Part shown: positions 1-8,731 of the stretch, piece by piece
How the letters are laid out: every line of letters begins with the position of its first letter
Numbering within the stretch: the first letter of the stretch is position 1
From: a virus
Taxonomy: Duplodnaviria; Caudoviricetes
Strand: one strand, 5' to 3'
Virus record (IMG/VR): IMGVR_UViG_3300010047_000003
Location: 1 to 43,893 of that record
Length of the DNA stretch: 43,893 bases
The notes under the pieces: generated by a model
What the model was told of the DNA's origin: nothing
The model's input: only the letters and a program-made list of their open reading frames with translations
The model's database searches: none
Made by a program: the position numbers and the translations under genes

Positions 1-117
1 CCACTCCTGCGCTTCCTGCGGCTGATTGTGCGGCTTGCTCACTTTTTAAAGCGGCAGTTTTGGCAAGGTTGGTGGCATCGAGGACGAGTTGATTCGTTTC
101 GTTAGCTTTGGCAAGGG
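1..117. repeat. 117-bp exact terminal overlap (copy 1), circular-assembly signature
   Basis: 1-117 is identical to 43777-43893, and a reading frame runs through the join. Confidence 0.95.
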
Positions 118-508
118 AGGCTTGTACATCGGCCTCGATTCCTTGTGTTTGGGCGACTAAAGCTTCGATCTGGCGTTGAGCAGCGGTAAAAGCCAGAGAT
201 CGCTGGCGTTCGGCGTTCTGGGCAGTTTGCGCTACCTCATCGGCTTTCAGCGCTTGCGCACGCACCAGATCAATCTCATGGGACTGCGCTTTTAGAAGCT
301 TTTCCAATGCTTTGCCGTTTGCCTCGAATTTGACCCACATGATCCCGAGAGAGATCGCTACAATGGCAAGATGACAACCCCAGAAAAGCAAATCATTGGC
401 AGTTTCCGTACTGAACCGGCGTTTGCGCTTTTTGACAGGTTCAAGTGTCGGTTCAATTCCCGTTACGTTTTCCTTCCAATCTTTCGAGTCGTCTATCGAT
501 TCGTTCAA
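1..508 (-). CDS. 5' part of a contig-join-spanning membrane-anchored coiled-coil protein (i-spanin/Rz-like); start codon uncertain
   Basis: Open frame ...ETANDLLFWGCHLAIVAISLGIMWVKFEANGKALEKLL... has one TM helix then an Ala/Gln-rich coil. It continues in frame into 43577-43780. Candidate starts are TTG 508 and ATG 670. Lies upstream of the endolysin. Confidence 0.55.
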   Translation of the reverse strand, partial: MNESIDDSKDWKENVTGIEPTLEPVKKRKRRFSTETANDLLFWGCHLAIVAISLGIMWVKFEANGKALEKLLKAQSHEIDLVRAQALKADEVAQTAQNAERQRSLAFTAAQRQIEALVAQTQGIEADVQASLAKANETNQLVLDATNLAKTAALKSEQAAQSAAGSAGV

Positions 509-767
509 AAATGACCGAGTTGCGTTCGATAACCTTCGTTGCGTCGCCGACCATTCCTCTAAGACTTTCGATATACTCTCGTCTCTCACCTTCGTGGGCC
601 TTCTGTAGTGCTGCCATATCCTTGCGGGTTGCTCGAATAAAAATCCAGCAGATGCCAAGTACCAAGGCATACAACAAAATATTTAATGTCTGTATTGGCC
701 ATGAAGAAACACGCTCCACCCCTTTCAAGGCTTCGTCGATAACTTCGCTGGATACGGCTAAAATCAT
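453..767 (-). CDS. single-TM membrane protein with C-terminal coiled coil (holin-like)
   Basis: TM segment NILLYALVLGICWIFI, charged C-terminus, position in the lysis cluster. Confidence 0.5.
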   Translation of the reverse strand: MILAVSSEVIDEALKGVERVSSWPIQTLNILLYALVLGICWIFIRATRKDMAALQKAHEGERREYIESLRGMVGDATKVIERNSVIFERIDRRLERLEGKRNGN

Positions 768-773
768 TCATAC

Positions 774-1343
774 TCAATTCATCAGCCCAAGTTTTCGTTT
801 CTGGTTCTCGGCCAAAGCAAGAACCACATCAGTTGGTCGAATTGGCTGAGCCGGATTTAACGGCACGGCCTGAGACCCTTGTGTATAAGCAAGTCGCTGC
901 GCAATTTTCCACTGATTATTAGTCAAAGGGTAATCACTGCCGGCTTCCCAGCCGGCTTGCGTTTTGGCAAGCTCTACTCCCTGGGGTCCTTTTAATACAT
1001 CAACTGTAAGAGGGTCACTAGGCTTTAGACCGATCGAATCCGCAACTTTAGCCGCATAATCCGAGACATTCTTTTTGCTACCGGTTGTTCCACTCCACTC
1101 ATCAATAATTTGGCCAATGGGTTTACCTATGTATTGAGGCGAAGCGAGCAAATCGAACTGTGCGGCAGCCCCCAATACCGGTGAATCGAATTGCGCAATT
1201 TTATTGCCATCGCGCAATTGTTCATAAGAAGTAGAACCAAACCGCTGCGAACTTGGCCCGGGCCACATCGCTCCCGGATTATTCGAGCGAATCGAGGCTG
1301 GAATAAGCGGGTCCGGATCCGGGTCTAAATCGTCGCGTCTCAA
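774..1343 (-). CDS. lysozyme-like / virion-associated muramidase-like protein
   Basis: SIRSNNPGAM resembles the R-x-NNPGN motif of phage lysozyme-like proteins; TTG start overlaps the upstream TGA. Confidence 0.55.
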   Translation of the reverse strand: MRRDDLDPDPDPLIPASIRSNNPGAMWPGPSSQRFGSTSYEQLRDGNKIAQFDSPVLGAAAQFDLLASPQYIGKPIGQIIDEWSGTTGSKKNVSDYAAKVADSIGLKPSDPLTVDVLKGPQGVELAKTQAGWEAGSDYPLTNNQWKIAQRLAYTQGSQAVPLNPAQPIRPTDVVLALAENQKRKLGLMN

Positions 1344-1504
1344 TTCATCAACCCCTTTTTCTTCTTCTTATGGGTCCCGGTAATCGTGCCGGCATTCTGC
1401 GAAGCGTAAAAAACCTGCTCACCCTTCTTCTTGCCATAGCCACCTTCAGATTCAGGTTTCTGCATGGCCGCCTTGATTTTCTTTCCCTTCTTAGTAAGAG
1501 GCAT
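1340..1504 (-). CDS. 54-aa Lys-rich basic protein
   Basis: Manual translation MPLTKKGKKIKAAMQKPESEGGYGKKKGEQVFYASQNAGTITGTHKKKKKGLMN; stop overlaps the next start. Confidence 0.75.
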   Translation of the reverse strand: MPLTKKGKKIKAAMQKPESEGGYGKKKGEQVFYASQNAGTITGTHKKKKKGLMN

Positions 1505-1507
1505 AAA

Positions 1508-1567
1508 TTAAGGGGGAGGGGGTGGGAAGCCGAAGACCAAGAATATGATAAATAAAACGAAACTCAT
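1508..1567 (-). CDS. 19-aa hydrophobic micropeptide ending in five prolines
   Basis: MSFVLFIIFLVFGFPPPPP*; AAAGGAG Shine-Dalgarno ends 10 nt upstream; stop lies 3 nt before the next ATG. Confidence 0.4.
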   Translation of the reverse strand: MSFVLFIIFLVFGFPPPPP

Positions 1568-1589
1568 TCCGAGTTTTCTCCTTTCTCTC

Positions 1590-2444
1590 TTAATCGGGAA
1601 TTCGCACACTGAAACGTTGCTGTTGTCCTTGCTGAATAGTCTGTTTATCGTATTCCTCGCTCAAATAAGCATAAGCCTTTGATTCTTCAGCCTGAGCCTT
1701 TTCGTTCTGACCATTGACGACTAAACTGTCGGCAAAACTGGCCTGCTGCACGAAACGAGCAAGAACATAGGGAATTTGAAAAATCAGCCAGGCATCGGCA
1801 CTTGTGCTCGGGATTTTATTTAAATTGCCATCAATCAGGGAATGATAGGTATCATCCCCATAAATCACCGCATCGCCGGCCGCATAAGTAACGCTGGAAT
1901 CCCAATCAAACATCCCCAGCCCGCGGTAAGGAGTACGGAAATTGATCCATACCGTTGCCGGAGTCTCATTGACTACGAAACAAAGACCTTCCTTGGAAAC
2001 CACAAACGGCACCTCAACCGCATCGAGTTCCTCGTAAGGATTTAGTGTGTAAGCTTCGAAACAGGCGCCGATCGGAGTTTTACCAATCTGAAACCACGGG
2101 ATTCTGGCCGGCGAAACCTTAGATTCTGGAGTCCAAAGTGCAGGATTAGTGAGTGGACCCCCAACACCGCTCGATACGGCCACATAATAACTACGAGTGC
2201 AGGGATCCCAAACTTCCGCTCCTGCTTCATAACAGAGGCTAGAATTGTAATCATCACGAAACGCTCGCTCCTCGGTTTCGGTGATCTCAAGAAAATTATA
2301 AAGCTCCCAGCTTTCGCGCAACCGATCGTCCATGCTCGCCAGAATTTCATGGGCCTGATCCGGTGCCAGATTAACCAACGGATCCAAACCAATCCGACGA
2401 GCTACGTAATGGACGACTTTTCGAGTGGAAACTGGGAAATTCAC
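1590..2444 (-). CDS. head-tail adaptor / tail tubular A-like protein with carbohydrate-binding-like inserts
   Basis: Position after the capsid gene; helical termini; two aromatic motifs (YNSSLCYEAGAEVW, WDSSVTYAAGDAVIY) resembling CBM5/12. Confidence 0.5.
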   Translation of the reverse strand: MNFPVSTRKVVHYVARRIGLDPLVNLAPDQAHEILASMDDRLRESWELYNFLEITETEERAFRDDYNSSLCYEAGAEVWDPCTRSYYVAVSSGVGGPLTNPALWTPESKVSPARIPWFQIGKTPIGACFEAYTLNPYEELDAVEVPFVVSKEGLCFVVNETPATVWINFRTPYRGLGMFDWDSSVTYAAGDAVIYGDDTYHSLIDGNLNKIPSTSADAWLIFQIPYVLARFVQQASFADSLVVNGQNEKAQAEESKAYAYLSEEYDKQTIQQGQQQRFSVRIPD

Positions 2445-2788
2445 GGTCGTACCACAAAAGTTTTTCGCGATCGGGACCGAACAATGACATTCGGATTATC
2501 GCGTTTGAACTCGTGTATGAAGTTCTCATCATTCCAACATTGACGCCCTTCCTTGCGCACCCAATGAAAGAACACCTCGGGATCAAGCCGCATATGGCAT
2601 TCTCCAAGACCATCCATCCAATGATTATCAAGTCTCTGAGTCGCCGCGGCGACTCGCTTTTGCGAGCTGTAAACAAGCTCGGCCCGCGCCCGTTCCTCAT
2701 CCTGAAGCGTCCGGCAAAAGTCCTCCACGAACTCCGCACCGAACGCTTCTGAGAGACTCTGGGCCATACCTTCCCAGCCGGTAATCAT
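2441..2788 (-). CDS. hypothetical protein downstream of the major capsid gene
   Basis: 115-aa ORF with ATGA overlaps at both ends. Confidence 0.7.
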   Translation of the reverse strand: MITGWEGMAQSLSEAFGAEFVEDFCRTLQDEERARAELVYSSQKRVAAATQRLDNHWMDGLGECHMRLDPEVFFHWVRKEGRQCWNDENFIHEFKRDNPNVIVRSRSRKTFVVRP

Positions 2789-3798
2789 GCCGTCGGGGCA
2801 ATTTTCCCAAGTCCAAGTGGATTATAAACCGCTAAACCGCAGATCGCGTCAACATAGCCCCTCGGACCACCTCCAAGATTGGGAAGCTCGGTATATGCCG
2901 GCTGACGATTATAGCGAAGTTCTACGAGGTCCCAGTTCATCAGGTACCCCCGACCGTTTTGGATATTTCCGGGAGCAGAATCCATAGCTAACCACAAGGA
3001 CAAGATCAACTTCACACTTCCGAAATCGCCTTGCCAAAAGTCTACCGTGTTAATGATCGCCTTATCATTGGAATCCTGATTATAACGACGCAAAGGGACA
3101 GTCGAAACAGAACTCGGGACCCAAGCCGCATAGCTTGAGAACGCCTTCTTTAGATTCACACCACAAATCAAGTCAAAATCATACTGCTGCCCGGTCTGCT
3201 GATAAATTGACTGACAGACGCCATTAACATCGTCTTCAATAGTGGTAGCAGTGGTCTTAGTCAAAATAGACGCTGCAGGAGTCAGGTAGGCAGCCGGCAC
3301 TGGCTGATCGCCTTGCGCGGTATTAGTAATCCACTTGCCCATACCGCGGGTCAGATAAGGCAAAGTGCTGCCGTTATCAGCCTGGCTGTCCTGATCGCTA
3401 CAAAAAGTAGCTTCCATGTTGCGTTTAAGCTCCACAATGGCGTGAGAGATTGCCCGCTTCATTTCACCTTTTTGGCCAATCCCAGCAACATTGGACACGT
3501 TCTGGGCGATATCACTCACCATAAAGGCACGCCGAAACTTCTGAATTCGTCCGTGCAGTTTAGCCCGTTGAGCAGCCTCGTTAATGTAGTCACCGGAAAC
3601 AACATCGACCCCGTCGATAATACCCCCCAAAACTGCTGCTGCATATGCATCAGCCTGCCAATCGAAAATGGAATTGGCGGGTTCCGATCCCTTGGGGACC
3701 ATAGAGGTAAATGGTAAATTTTTTGCGTCTACCGTCGCGATAACATCGGCAAAATCTTCGCGCTTGCCGACCTGGTTAATTTCCAGCAAAGCAGCCAT
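2785..3798 (-). CDS. major capsid protein (SU10/DUF5309-like, HK97 fold)
   Basis: 337 aa; GKREDFADVI, FDWQADA, IQKFRRAFMVS and ELKRNMEATF motifs; follows the scaffold gene. Confidence 0.9.
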   Translation of the reverse strand: MAALLEINQVGKREDFADVIATVDAKNLPFTSMVPKGSEPANSIFDWQADAYAAAVLGGIIDGVDVVSGDYINEAAQRAKLHGRIQKFRRAFMVSDIAQNVSNVAGIGQKGEMKRAISHAIVELKRNMEATFCSDQDSQADNGSTLPYLTRGMGKWITNTAQGDQPVPAAYLTPAASILTKTTATTIEDDVNGVCQSIYQQTGQQYDFDLICGVNLKKAFSSYAAWVPSSVSTVPLRRYNQDSNDKAIINTVDFWQGDFGSVKLILSLWLAMDSAPGNIQNGRGYLMNWDLVELRYNRQPAYTELPNLGGGPRGYVDAICGLAVYNPLGLGKIAPTA

Positions 3799-3819
3799 AG
3801 AGAAATAAGAGAGAATTTT

Positions 3820-3845
3820 TTAAGGGTTAGCGCGCTCTCCCTTAA
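3820..3845. promoter_or_regulatory. 26-bp imperfect palindrome upstream of the capsid gene
   Basis: TTAAGGG-tt-AGCGCGCT-ct-CCCTTAA. Confidence 0.45.
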
Positions 3846-4822
3846 CCTTTGCCAATCAGAGATTCGCTAAAGACATCCAAAGCATTGCGATCGGTCGCGA
3901 TGCGGTTGAGAAGTTCCTTGGAGAGCACAGATTTCTGCGAAACCTTGGCCCCCGAAGAGGGACTCGGTGCTGCGAGAGTAGAAGGTTTTGAAGGAAGGGC
4001 CTTACCATTGGCACCCGCGAGAGTCTTCGCGAAACGAATCTTCTGGCCAATCACTGCATCAGCAATAATCAGCTGATAATCCGGAATATTGCGCAACTGA
4101 GGAAAAACCCTGATCCAAGTGTTCAACGCTTGATTCAATTCCGTTCCTTCTTTGTACAATCCCGGATAATACCGCTTCGCCTCAGCCTCGAAACCCGCTC
4201 GCGCTTCCAAATACTTGGCTCGCTCCGGGATATGCTCAGTCAAGAGTGAATCGGCTGTCGCCAGGAGTCGCCTCACATACTGCGCCTCAAGAAACTTAGT
4301 TCCCCCATTGGCATCCTCGACTTCGCCACCCTCCAGGTGTTCCAAAGCCCAGGTTTTGACTCTGCGAGCATCACTCAAACGCTTGCTCAAATCCTGAATC
4401 GTTTCAACATCAGCCAGGGGACTATCCACAGTAGGTGCCAGCGGGGCTAGCTTTCCTACCTGCGCTTCAAGCTCCTTAACTCGTGTTTGGAGTGCTTCAG
4501 CTTTCTCGTTCGCTTCGTACTTCTGACGGACCAGTTGATCAATCCGCTTCTGAACACTGTCAGGTAAGACTTCCTTCTTTTCTTCTTCTGCAGCGAGAGT
4601 TTCCTCTAGAGGAAGTTCCGCTGTTTCTTGCGCCGGCTCTTCAGTTACGGAACCCTCCGTTTGACTAACCGGCTTATCTCCTGATTCACCGCTATCACCG
4701 AAATATTTCTCTAGCCCGGGCACGCCCGCTAGCATGCTATCAATGGCGCTATCAGAAAAAGCGTCAGTGCTCTGCTGCTGGTCCGTCTCGGAAACGGAGG
4801 TTGGCTTTTGTTCTTCTGCCAT
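3842..4822 (-). CDS. capsid scaffolding protein
   Basis: Acidic N-terminus, VQKRIDQLVRQK coiled coil, directly upstream of the capsid gene. Confidence 0.8.
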   Translation of the reverse strand: MAEEQKPTSVSETDQQQSTDAFSDSAIDSMLAGVPGLEKYFGDSGESGDKPVSQTEGSVTEEPAQETAELPLEETLAAEEEKKEVLPDSVQKRIDQLVRQKYEANEKAEALQTRVKELEAQVGKLAPLAPTVDSPLADVETIQDLSKRLSDARRVKTWALEHLEGGEVEDANGGTKFLEAQYVRRLLATADSLLTEHIPERAKYLEARAGFEAEAKRYYPGLYKEGTELNQALNTWIRVFPQLRNIPDYQLIIADAVIGQKIRFAKTLAGANGKALPSKPSTLAAPSPSSGAKVSQKSVLSKELLNRIATDRNALDVFSESLIGKG

Positions 4823-4894
4823 GGATTGCTTAGAAATTAGCGTTCCAAGATTTGGCTCAAGAACAAACTAGAAAAACGTATCAGAAGCAAGTTT

Positions 4895-5236
4895 TTACGT
4901 GTTGGGGTCAGGAAAATCTTGCTCGTGCGCTACATTTCGTAACCCTTCAAAACTTGCTATGACATAATCAGCATAAGCGGCAAAACCCGTCAAAAACGCC
5001 AGCCGGCCATGATCGGAAGCAACTTTCTCATCTCGCAATAAGGCTTCACTTTTATACTTGGCTTCCAGGAGCAACTGCTTTACCGCTCCCCATTGGCGCA
5101 TTGGCATGTCCCGCATCGCATTAGCCAATTGTTTGGCATCGAGCTCGGGCGCCTCGTAAATTTTAACGAACGAAGGACGAACGTTTTCCTGTTCTTTACG
5201 AAAAAAGAAGCGAAACGGGTAAATCTCCTTGGCCAT
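4895..5236 (-). CDS. hypothetical protein (head module)
   Basis: 113-aa helical ORF between portal and scaffold. Confidence 0.65.
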   Translation of the reverse strand: MAKEIYPFRFFFRKEQENVRPSFVKIYEAPELDAKQLANAMRDMPMRQWGAVKQLLLEAKYKSEALLRDEKVASDHGRLAFLTGFAAYADYVIASFEGLRNVAHEQDFPDPNT

Positions 5237-5410
5237 TCAAGTAGAGGCCGACACAAAACTTTCAGTTCGCGCCACGGCCTCAAGCAGATGATCAAACTCA
5301 GCAAAAGTCAGACGTAAAAATTCAGAATCCTGCCTCGAAAAAATCAATAGTTGTTCCTCGTTCCGAATCTCGACGCTGCAGTGGGGAAGTTCGACGATCG
5401 TGTGTATCAT
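5237..5410 (-). CDS. 57-aa hypothetical protein
   Basis: MIHTIVELPHCSVEIRNEEQLLIFSRQDSEFLRLTFAEFDHLLEAVARTESFVSAST; its TGA abuts the next ATG in frame. Confidence 0.45.
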   Translation of the reverse strand: MIHTIVELPHCSVEIRNEEQLLIFSRQDSEFLRLTFAEFDHLLEAVARTESFVSAST

Positions 5411-5495
5411 AGTTTCGCCTGAGCGCCTGAGCGAAACTTCGCTCTGCGCGTCTCTGTTTGGATTTCTTCCGAGATCCCTGATTAGCCATAAGAAA

Positions 5496-6041
5496 TCATG
5501 TTACACTAAAGGCAAGCGCGTTACTCCATTGCCCGTCAGAATTGTGTACCGCAACCTGCACCGAACCGGCAGTGGCAATAGCCGCAGCTGTGATAATCAC
5601 ACTCAAAGAGAGATCCGTTCCACCCGGTTCAGGCGTCAACGTTACCCCGGCAACATCGACCGTGGCTCCAGCGTCAAAACCGGTACCCGTAATCGCCACC
5701 GTCACATCCGCATTGGCCGGACCAGTATCCGGATTCAAACTCGTAATAGCCGGTGCCGCAACAGTCGCTCCTTCGCCTTTATAACTTACGCAAAAATCGT
5801 ACAACCACGTGAAAAAAGCGTAATCACCAGCCGGACTACTCGGGCAAGAATAAATTTTAGCGACTATCAGGTCCAAAAAAACCTGGTCACCTTCCCACGG
5901 TTCACCCTCAACCCCAATAATACCAAGTGGAGCCGGAGCAGGACCAGCAAAAGCCGGCTGCTCATCATAAGGCGCAGGGGAAATAGTATAAGGAGGATCA
6001 ACAACAGGAGGATCAACAACAGGAGGATCAGCAATAGCCAT
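5496..6041 (-). CDS. IPT/TIG (Ig-like) domain protein, probable virion decoration
   Basis: PAITSLNPDTGPA..VTVAITGTGFDAGATV..GSVQVAVHNSDGQWSNALAFSV. Confidence 0.8.
   Translation of the reverse strand: MAIADPPVVDPPVVDPPYTISPAPYDEQPAFAGPAPAPLGIIGVEGEPWEGDQVFLDLIVAKIYSCPSSPAGDYAFFTWLYDFCVSYKGEGATVAAPAITSLNPDTGPANADVTVAITGTGFDAGATVDVAGVTLTPEPGGTDLSLSVIITAAAIATAGSVQVAVHNSDGQWSNALAFSVT
5991..6030. repeat. 15-bp tandem repeat (about 2.7 copies) encoding DPPVV
   Basis: AGGAGGATCAACAAC twice, then AGGAGGATCA. Confidence 0.85.
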
Positions 6042-6044
6042 ATT

Positions 6045-6530
6045 TTAAGTAGCGGTAAAGTTAACAGAAGCAGAAGGAGTAGTGCCGGCGACATTCCTGA
6101 CAATCACAGGGTAAGTACCAGCAATAGGAGTCAAACCGGCAGCAACATTAAAAGTGATGGTAGTAGCTGTCACACTCAAGATCGTCATAGGGATTCCATT
6201 AAAGGTGACAGTCGCCGCAGAATCAAAGTTCGTTCCCGTAGCAGTCATCGGCGTAATAGCCACTGCGTGAGTGCCGGTGGTCGGCGAAATTGAAGAAAGC
6301 GTCGGGTTATACGTCCCAGTACCGGTCTTATAACGAGTCGCAATTAAAGCGATAGCCTCAATAAAAGCGTTATCGCCCTCGGGGCCGCCCGGAATCAAAT
6401 ATTTCGCGCTATTGTACGCTGTTACAAAAGCGGGATCGAGCTTGGAAATAGTTTCCACCAGGTTCGACGGATTCGGAGCACCCGGGGGCGAAACTTCCAT
6501 ATAACCACTACCTAAAATTGGGGCTGGCAT
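6045..6530 (-). CDS. IPT/TIG (Ig-like) domain protein, probable virion decoration
   Basis: PTLSSISPTTG..MTATGTNFDSAATVTFNG..GTYPVIVRN..SASVNFT. Confidence 0.8.
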   Translation of the reverse strand: MPAPILGSGYMEVSPPGAPNPSNLVETISKLDPAFVTAYNSAKYLIPGGPEGDNAFIEAIALIATRYKTGTGTYNPTLSSISPTTGTHAVAITPMTATGTNFDSAATVTFNGIPMTILSVTATTITFNVAAGLTPIAGTYPVIVRNVAGTTPSASVNFTAT

Positions 6531-6549
6531 AAAATTCTCTGTTTGTATC

Positions 6550-6577
6550 GGTGACGAGATGACTTCATCTCGTCACC
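6550..6577. promoter_or_regulatory. perfect 13-bp inverted repeat after the portal gene (hairpin, terminator or processing site)
   Basis: GGTGACGAGATGA-CT-TCATCTCGTCACC. Confidence 0.65.
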
Positions 6578-6595
6578 AATGTTTTTAAAGTGGAT

Positions 6596-8731
6596 TTACA
6601 TTGGTCCTGTCGGCGGAGGCGCGGGACCGACACCCCCGATTTGTTGTACCGGACTTGGATTAGTCCCGATTTTCCCAATCATCGCGTTTTGCTGTTGCTG
6701 AAGCTGGAACTGGAAACCTTTAATACGGTTTTGCAAACGTTGCATAGCCAGTGGGTTCTGCCTCAGGAAATTCACATAATCCTGACTGGTTTGCAGCGTA
6801 TTTTGAATTACTTGAAGTCGTAGTTGCGCATTTTGTCCGCTCTGATAAAGCGGAGGTTCGACTCCGGAAACAATCTGAGCCAATGCTCCCTGCTCATCGG
6901 TGATCTCGGCCTGGGTCACCTGACCTTGAGGTTTGACTAGCCGCGGACCCATCGCGGGATCAATCGCTCGCGCGGCATAAGCGGTTAAACCGGCCCGGTC
7001 CACTACCCCGGCCGCGTCGGTCCCGATCAATACCGTATTGATCAAGTTAAGCTTCTGCTCAAGATACTCTAAGTTCAAATCCCGGGCGTCAAACTCCAAC
7101 ACCAAACTCATATTGTTCTGGATGAAATCGCGGTTAGTCGGCATCTGCAGATCCGGGTCCCCGGAAATCTGCTGCCAATCCTCCGGCGCCAAAAATTGCT
7201 GACAAAGTTGAAAAACCTGCACCATCACCTCGCGTTGTTCACCCAACCACGCGTCAATCAGTCTCTGTTGTTTGCGAACGACTTTATTCGGGTCAACACC
7301 TTCCAAATTTTTGCCAAAATAATTGGCCGTATCCCTGCGAATACTGTTTTCGGTATCAAAAGAACTGCCGTCCATCGGTGGAGGCGCTAACCAACCAATT
7401 TCTCCCGGCCTTAAGACTCCCAATTGACTGGCCGGTCCAAGTTTGTACTGCTGTTTCCCCCGGCCAAGAGGAACGGTCAACGGAGGAATCGTCGAAATCG
7501 AGGTGCGATCATTGCGAGAATCCCGCTGAACTTTTATCTCGGCCTGAGCCGTATCAGCAATGTCGCCAATCCCGCGCGACTCTAAGGCGCTTCGCGATCG
7601 GTTTTCTCGCCTGCAAAGGATGAACGGATACTTTCCATGAGCGTATGGAAAAGGAAGTCGACGAGCAATAGTGCTTGTAGAAGGGTGGAAGATCGTAACC
7701 AGCGTTTGACGGTTGCCATTCTCATCATTTCCGCGGTAATAGGCGTAAAAAACTTCGCATAATTGGTCCATCTCGTCAATATAAGTGCGATCCCCCCATC
7801 GACTGGTCGAATCATGGGTGAGGGAGTAAATCACGCTCGCCCCGGTATTGGTTAACACAAAGCTAGTAAACTTCGGGTCCCATTGCTCCAGTTGCGCGCG
7901 ATCTTCCACACTCGGCTTGGGTAACACATCGCGTCGCACCACCCACGGAGCTTTCTGGATGTCGTAAGTCGACCGGTAAAAGAAAATATCCTGAAATGTC
8001 CGGTACGCCGTAACAGTTGGCCGGTCGGTGCGAATGTAAGGCCGGTTAAAACTGAATTGCCCGGTTTGCATCAATTGCCCAAAACTCACTACCGGGTCAG
8101 CTTGCGGAAAATATTGCCCAAACTTCTGCGCGGCCGCAGCTAGATCATCCTGCGAAAGGCCTTTGCCAACGTTTTCCATCAGATAGGATAAAAGAGCCCC
8201 GAATTCTGGGTCCTGCTGCGCAATCCTGAGAATATCCTGCATCGTAACCACCACATTCTCCGAATCAGTCTCAATCAGCCAGTCGATCCCAATTACCGAG
8301 CTCCCATACTGCTGCCGCCATTGCGCAGCCAGGTCACGCTCCCGGTTAAGCTCCTCAGCCAGCATCCGATTAACGTAATCTAAGACAGATGTAACAGCTC
8401 TTGCCATATCGTCGTAGTCGGAGTTCGCCGGTAAGGCTTGCATATGGCAATTCTTATCAGCCACCCGCATAATATCGACATCGTCGTTAACCAGATCGTC
8501 AACGTAATAAGGCCGGATGTCAGACGCACCTTCCCACGGGAAAGCCTGTTTCTTGAGGAACTTCGAGTACTTGCGCCCATCATCCGCTTGCCCAGGCCAT
8601 TTGCAATAACGCGTGTCATCCAAACGCGAAACCAAATTGTAATAGGCAGCCGCTTCTTCCACGCTGGTCTGAAACTGCTGTTTGACATCTTCAAAATCCA
8701 TAATCCCCCTAGTAAGCGCCTCCCTCGACAA
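6596..8731 (-). CDS. portal protein
   Basis: 711 aa directly after terL; FPWEGASDIR, PYAHGKYPF and SRGIGDI motifs; Gln-rich C-terminal helix as in P22-like portals. Confidence 0.88.
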   Translation of the reverse strand: MSREALTRGIMDFEDVKQQFQTSVEEAAAYYNLVSRLDDTRYCKWPGQADDGRKYSKFLKKQAFPWEGASDIRPYYVDDLVNDDVDIMRVADKNCHMQALPANSDYDDMARAVTSVLDYVNRMLAEELNRERDLAAQWRQQYGSSVIGIDWLIETDSENVVVTMQDILRIAQQDPEFGALLSYLMENVGKGLSQDDLAAAAQKFGQYFPQADPVVSFGQLMQTGQFSFNRPYIRTDRPTVTAYRTFQDIFFYRSTYDIQKAPWVVRRDVLPKPSVEDRAQLEQWDPKFTSFVLTNTGASVIYSLTHDSTSRWGDRTYIDEMDQLCEVFYAYYRGNDENGNRQTLVTIFHPSTSTIARRLPFPYAHGKYPFILCRRENRSRSALESRGIGDIADTAQAEIKVQRDSRNDRTSISTIPPLTVPLGRGKQQYKLGPASQLGVLRPGEIGWLAPPPMDGSSFDTENSIRRDTANYFGKNLEGVDPNKVVRKQQRLIDAWLGEQREVMVQVFQLCQQFLAPEDWQQISGDPDLQMPTNRDFIQNNMSLVLEFDARDLNLEYLEQKLNLINTVLIGTDAAGVVDRAGLTAYAARAIDPAMGPRLVKPQGQVTQAEITDEQGALAQIVSGVEPPLYQSGQNAQLRLQVIQNTLQTSQDYVNFLRQNPLAMQRLQNRIKGFQFQLQQQQNAMIGKIGTNPSPVQQIGGVGPAPPPTGPM

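Noticed and set aside
1511-1526. G-quadruplex
   Set aside because: Only three G-runs; explained by proline codons on the minus strand
2785-2800. Programmed frameshift extending the capsid protein
   Set aside because: No slippery heptamer near the stop; an ordinary ATGA overlap
5400-6293. 297-aa plus-strand ORF
   Set aside because: Arg/Ser-rich antisense shadow of the two IPT genes
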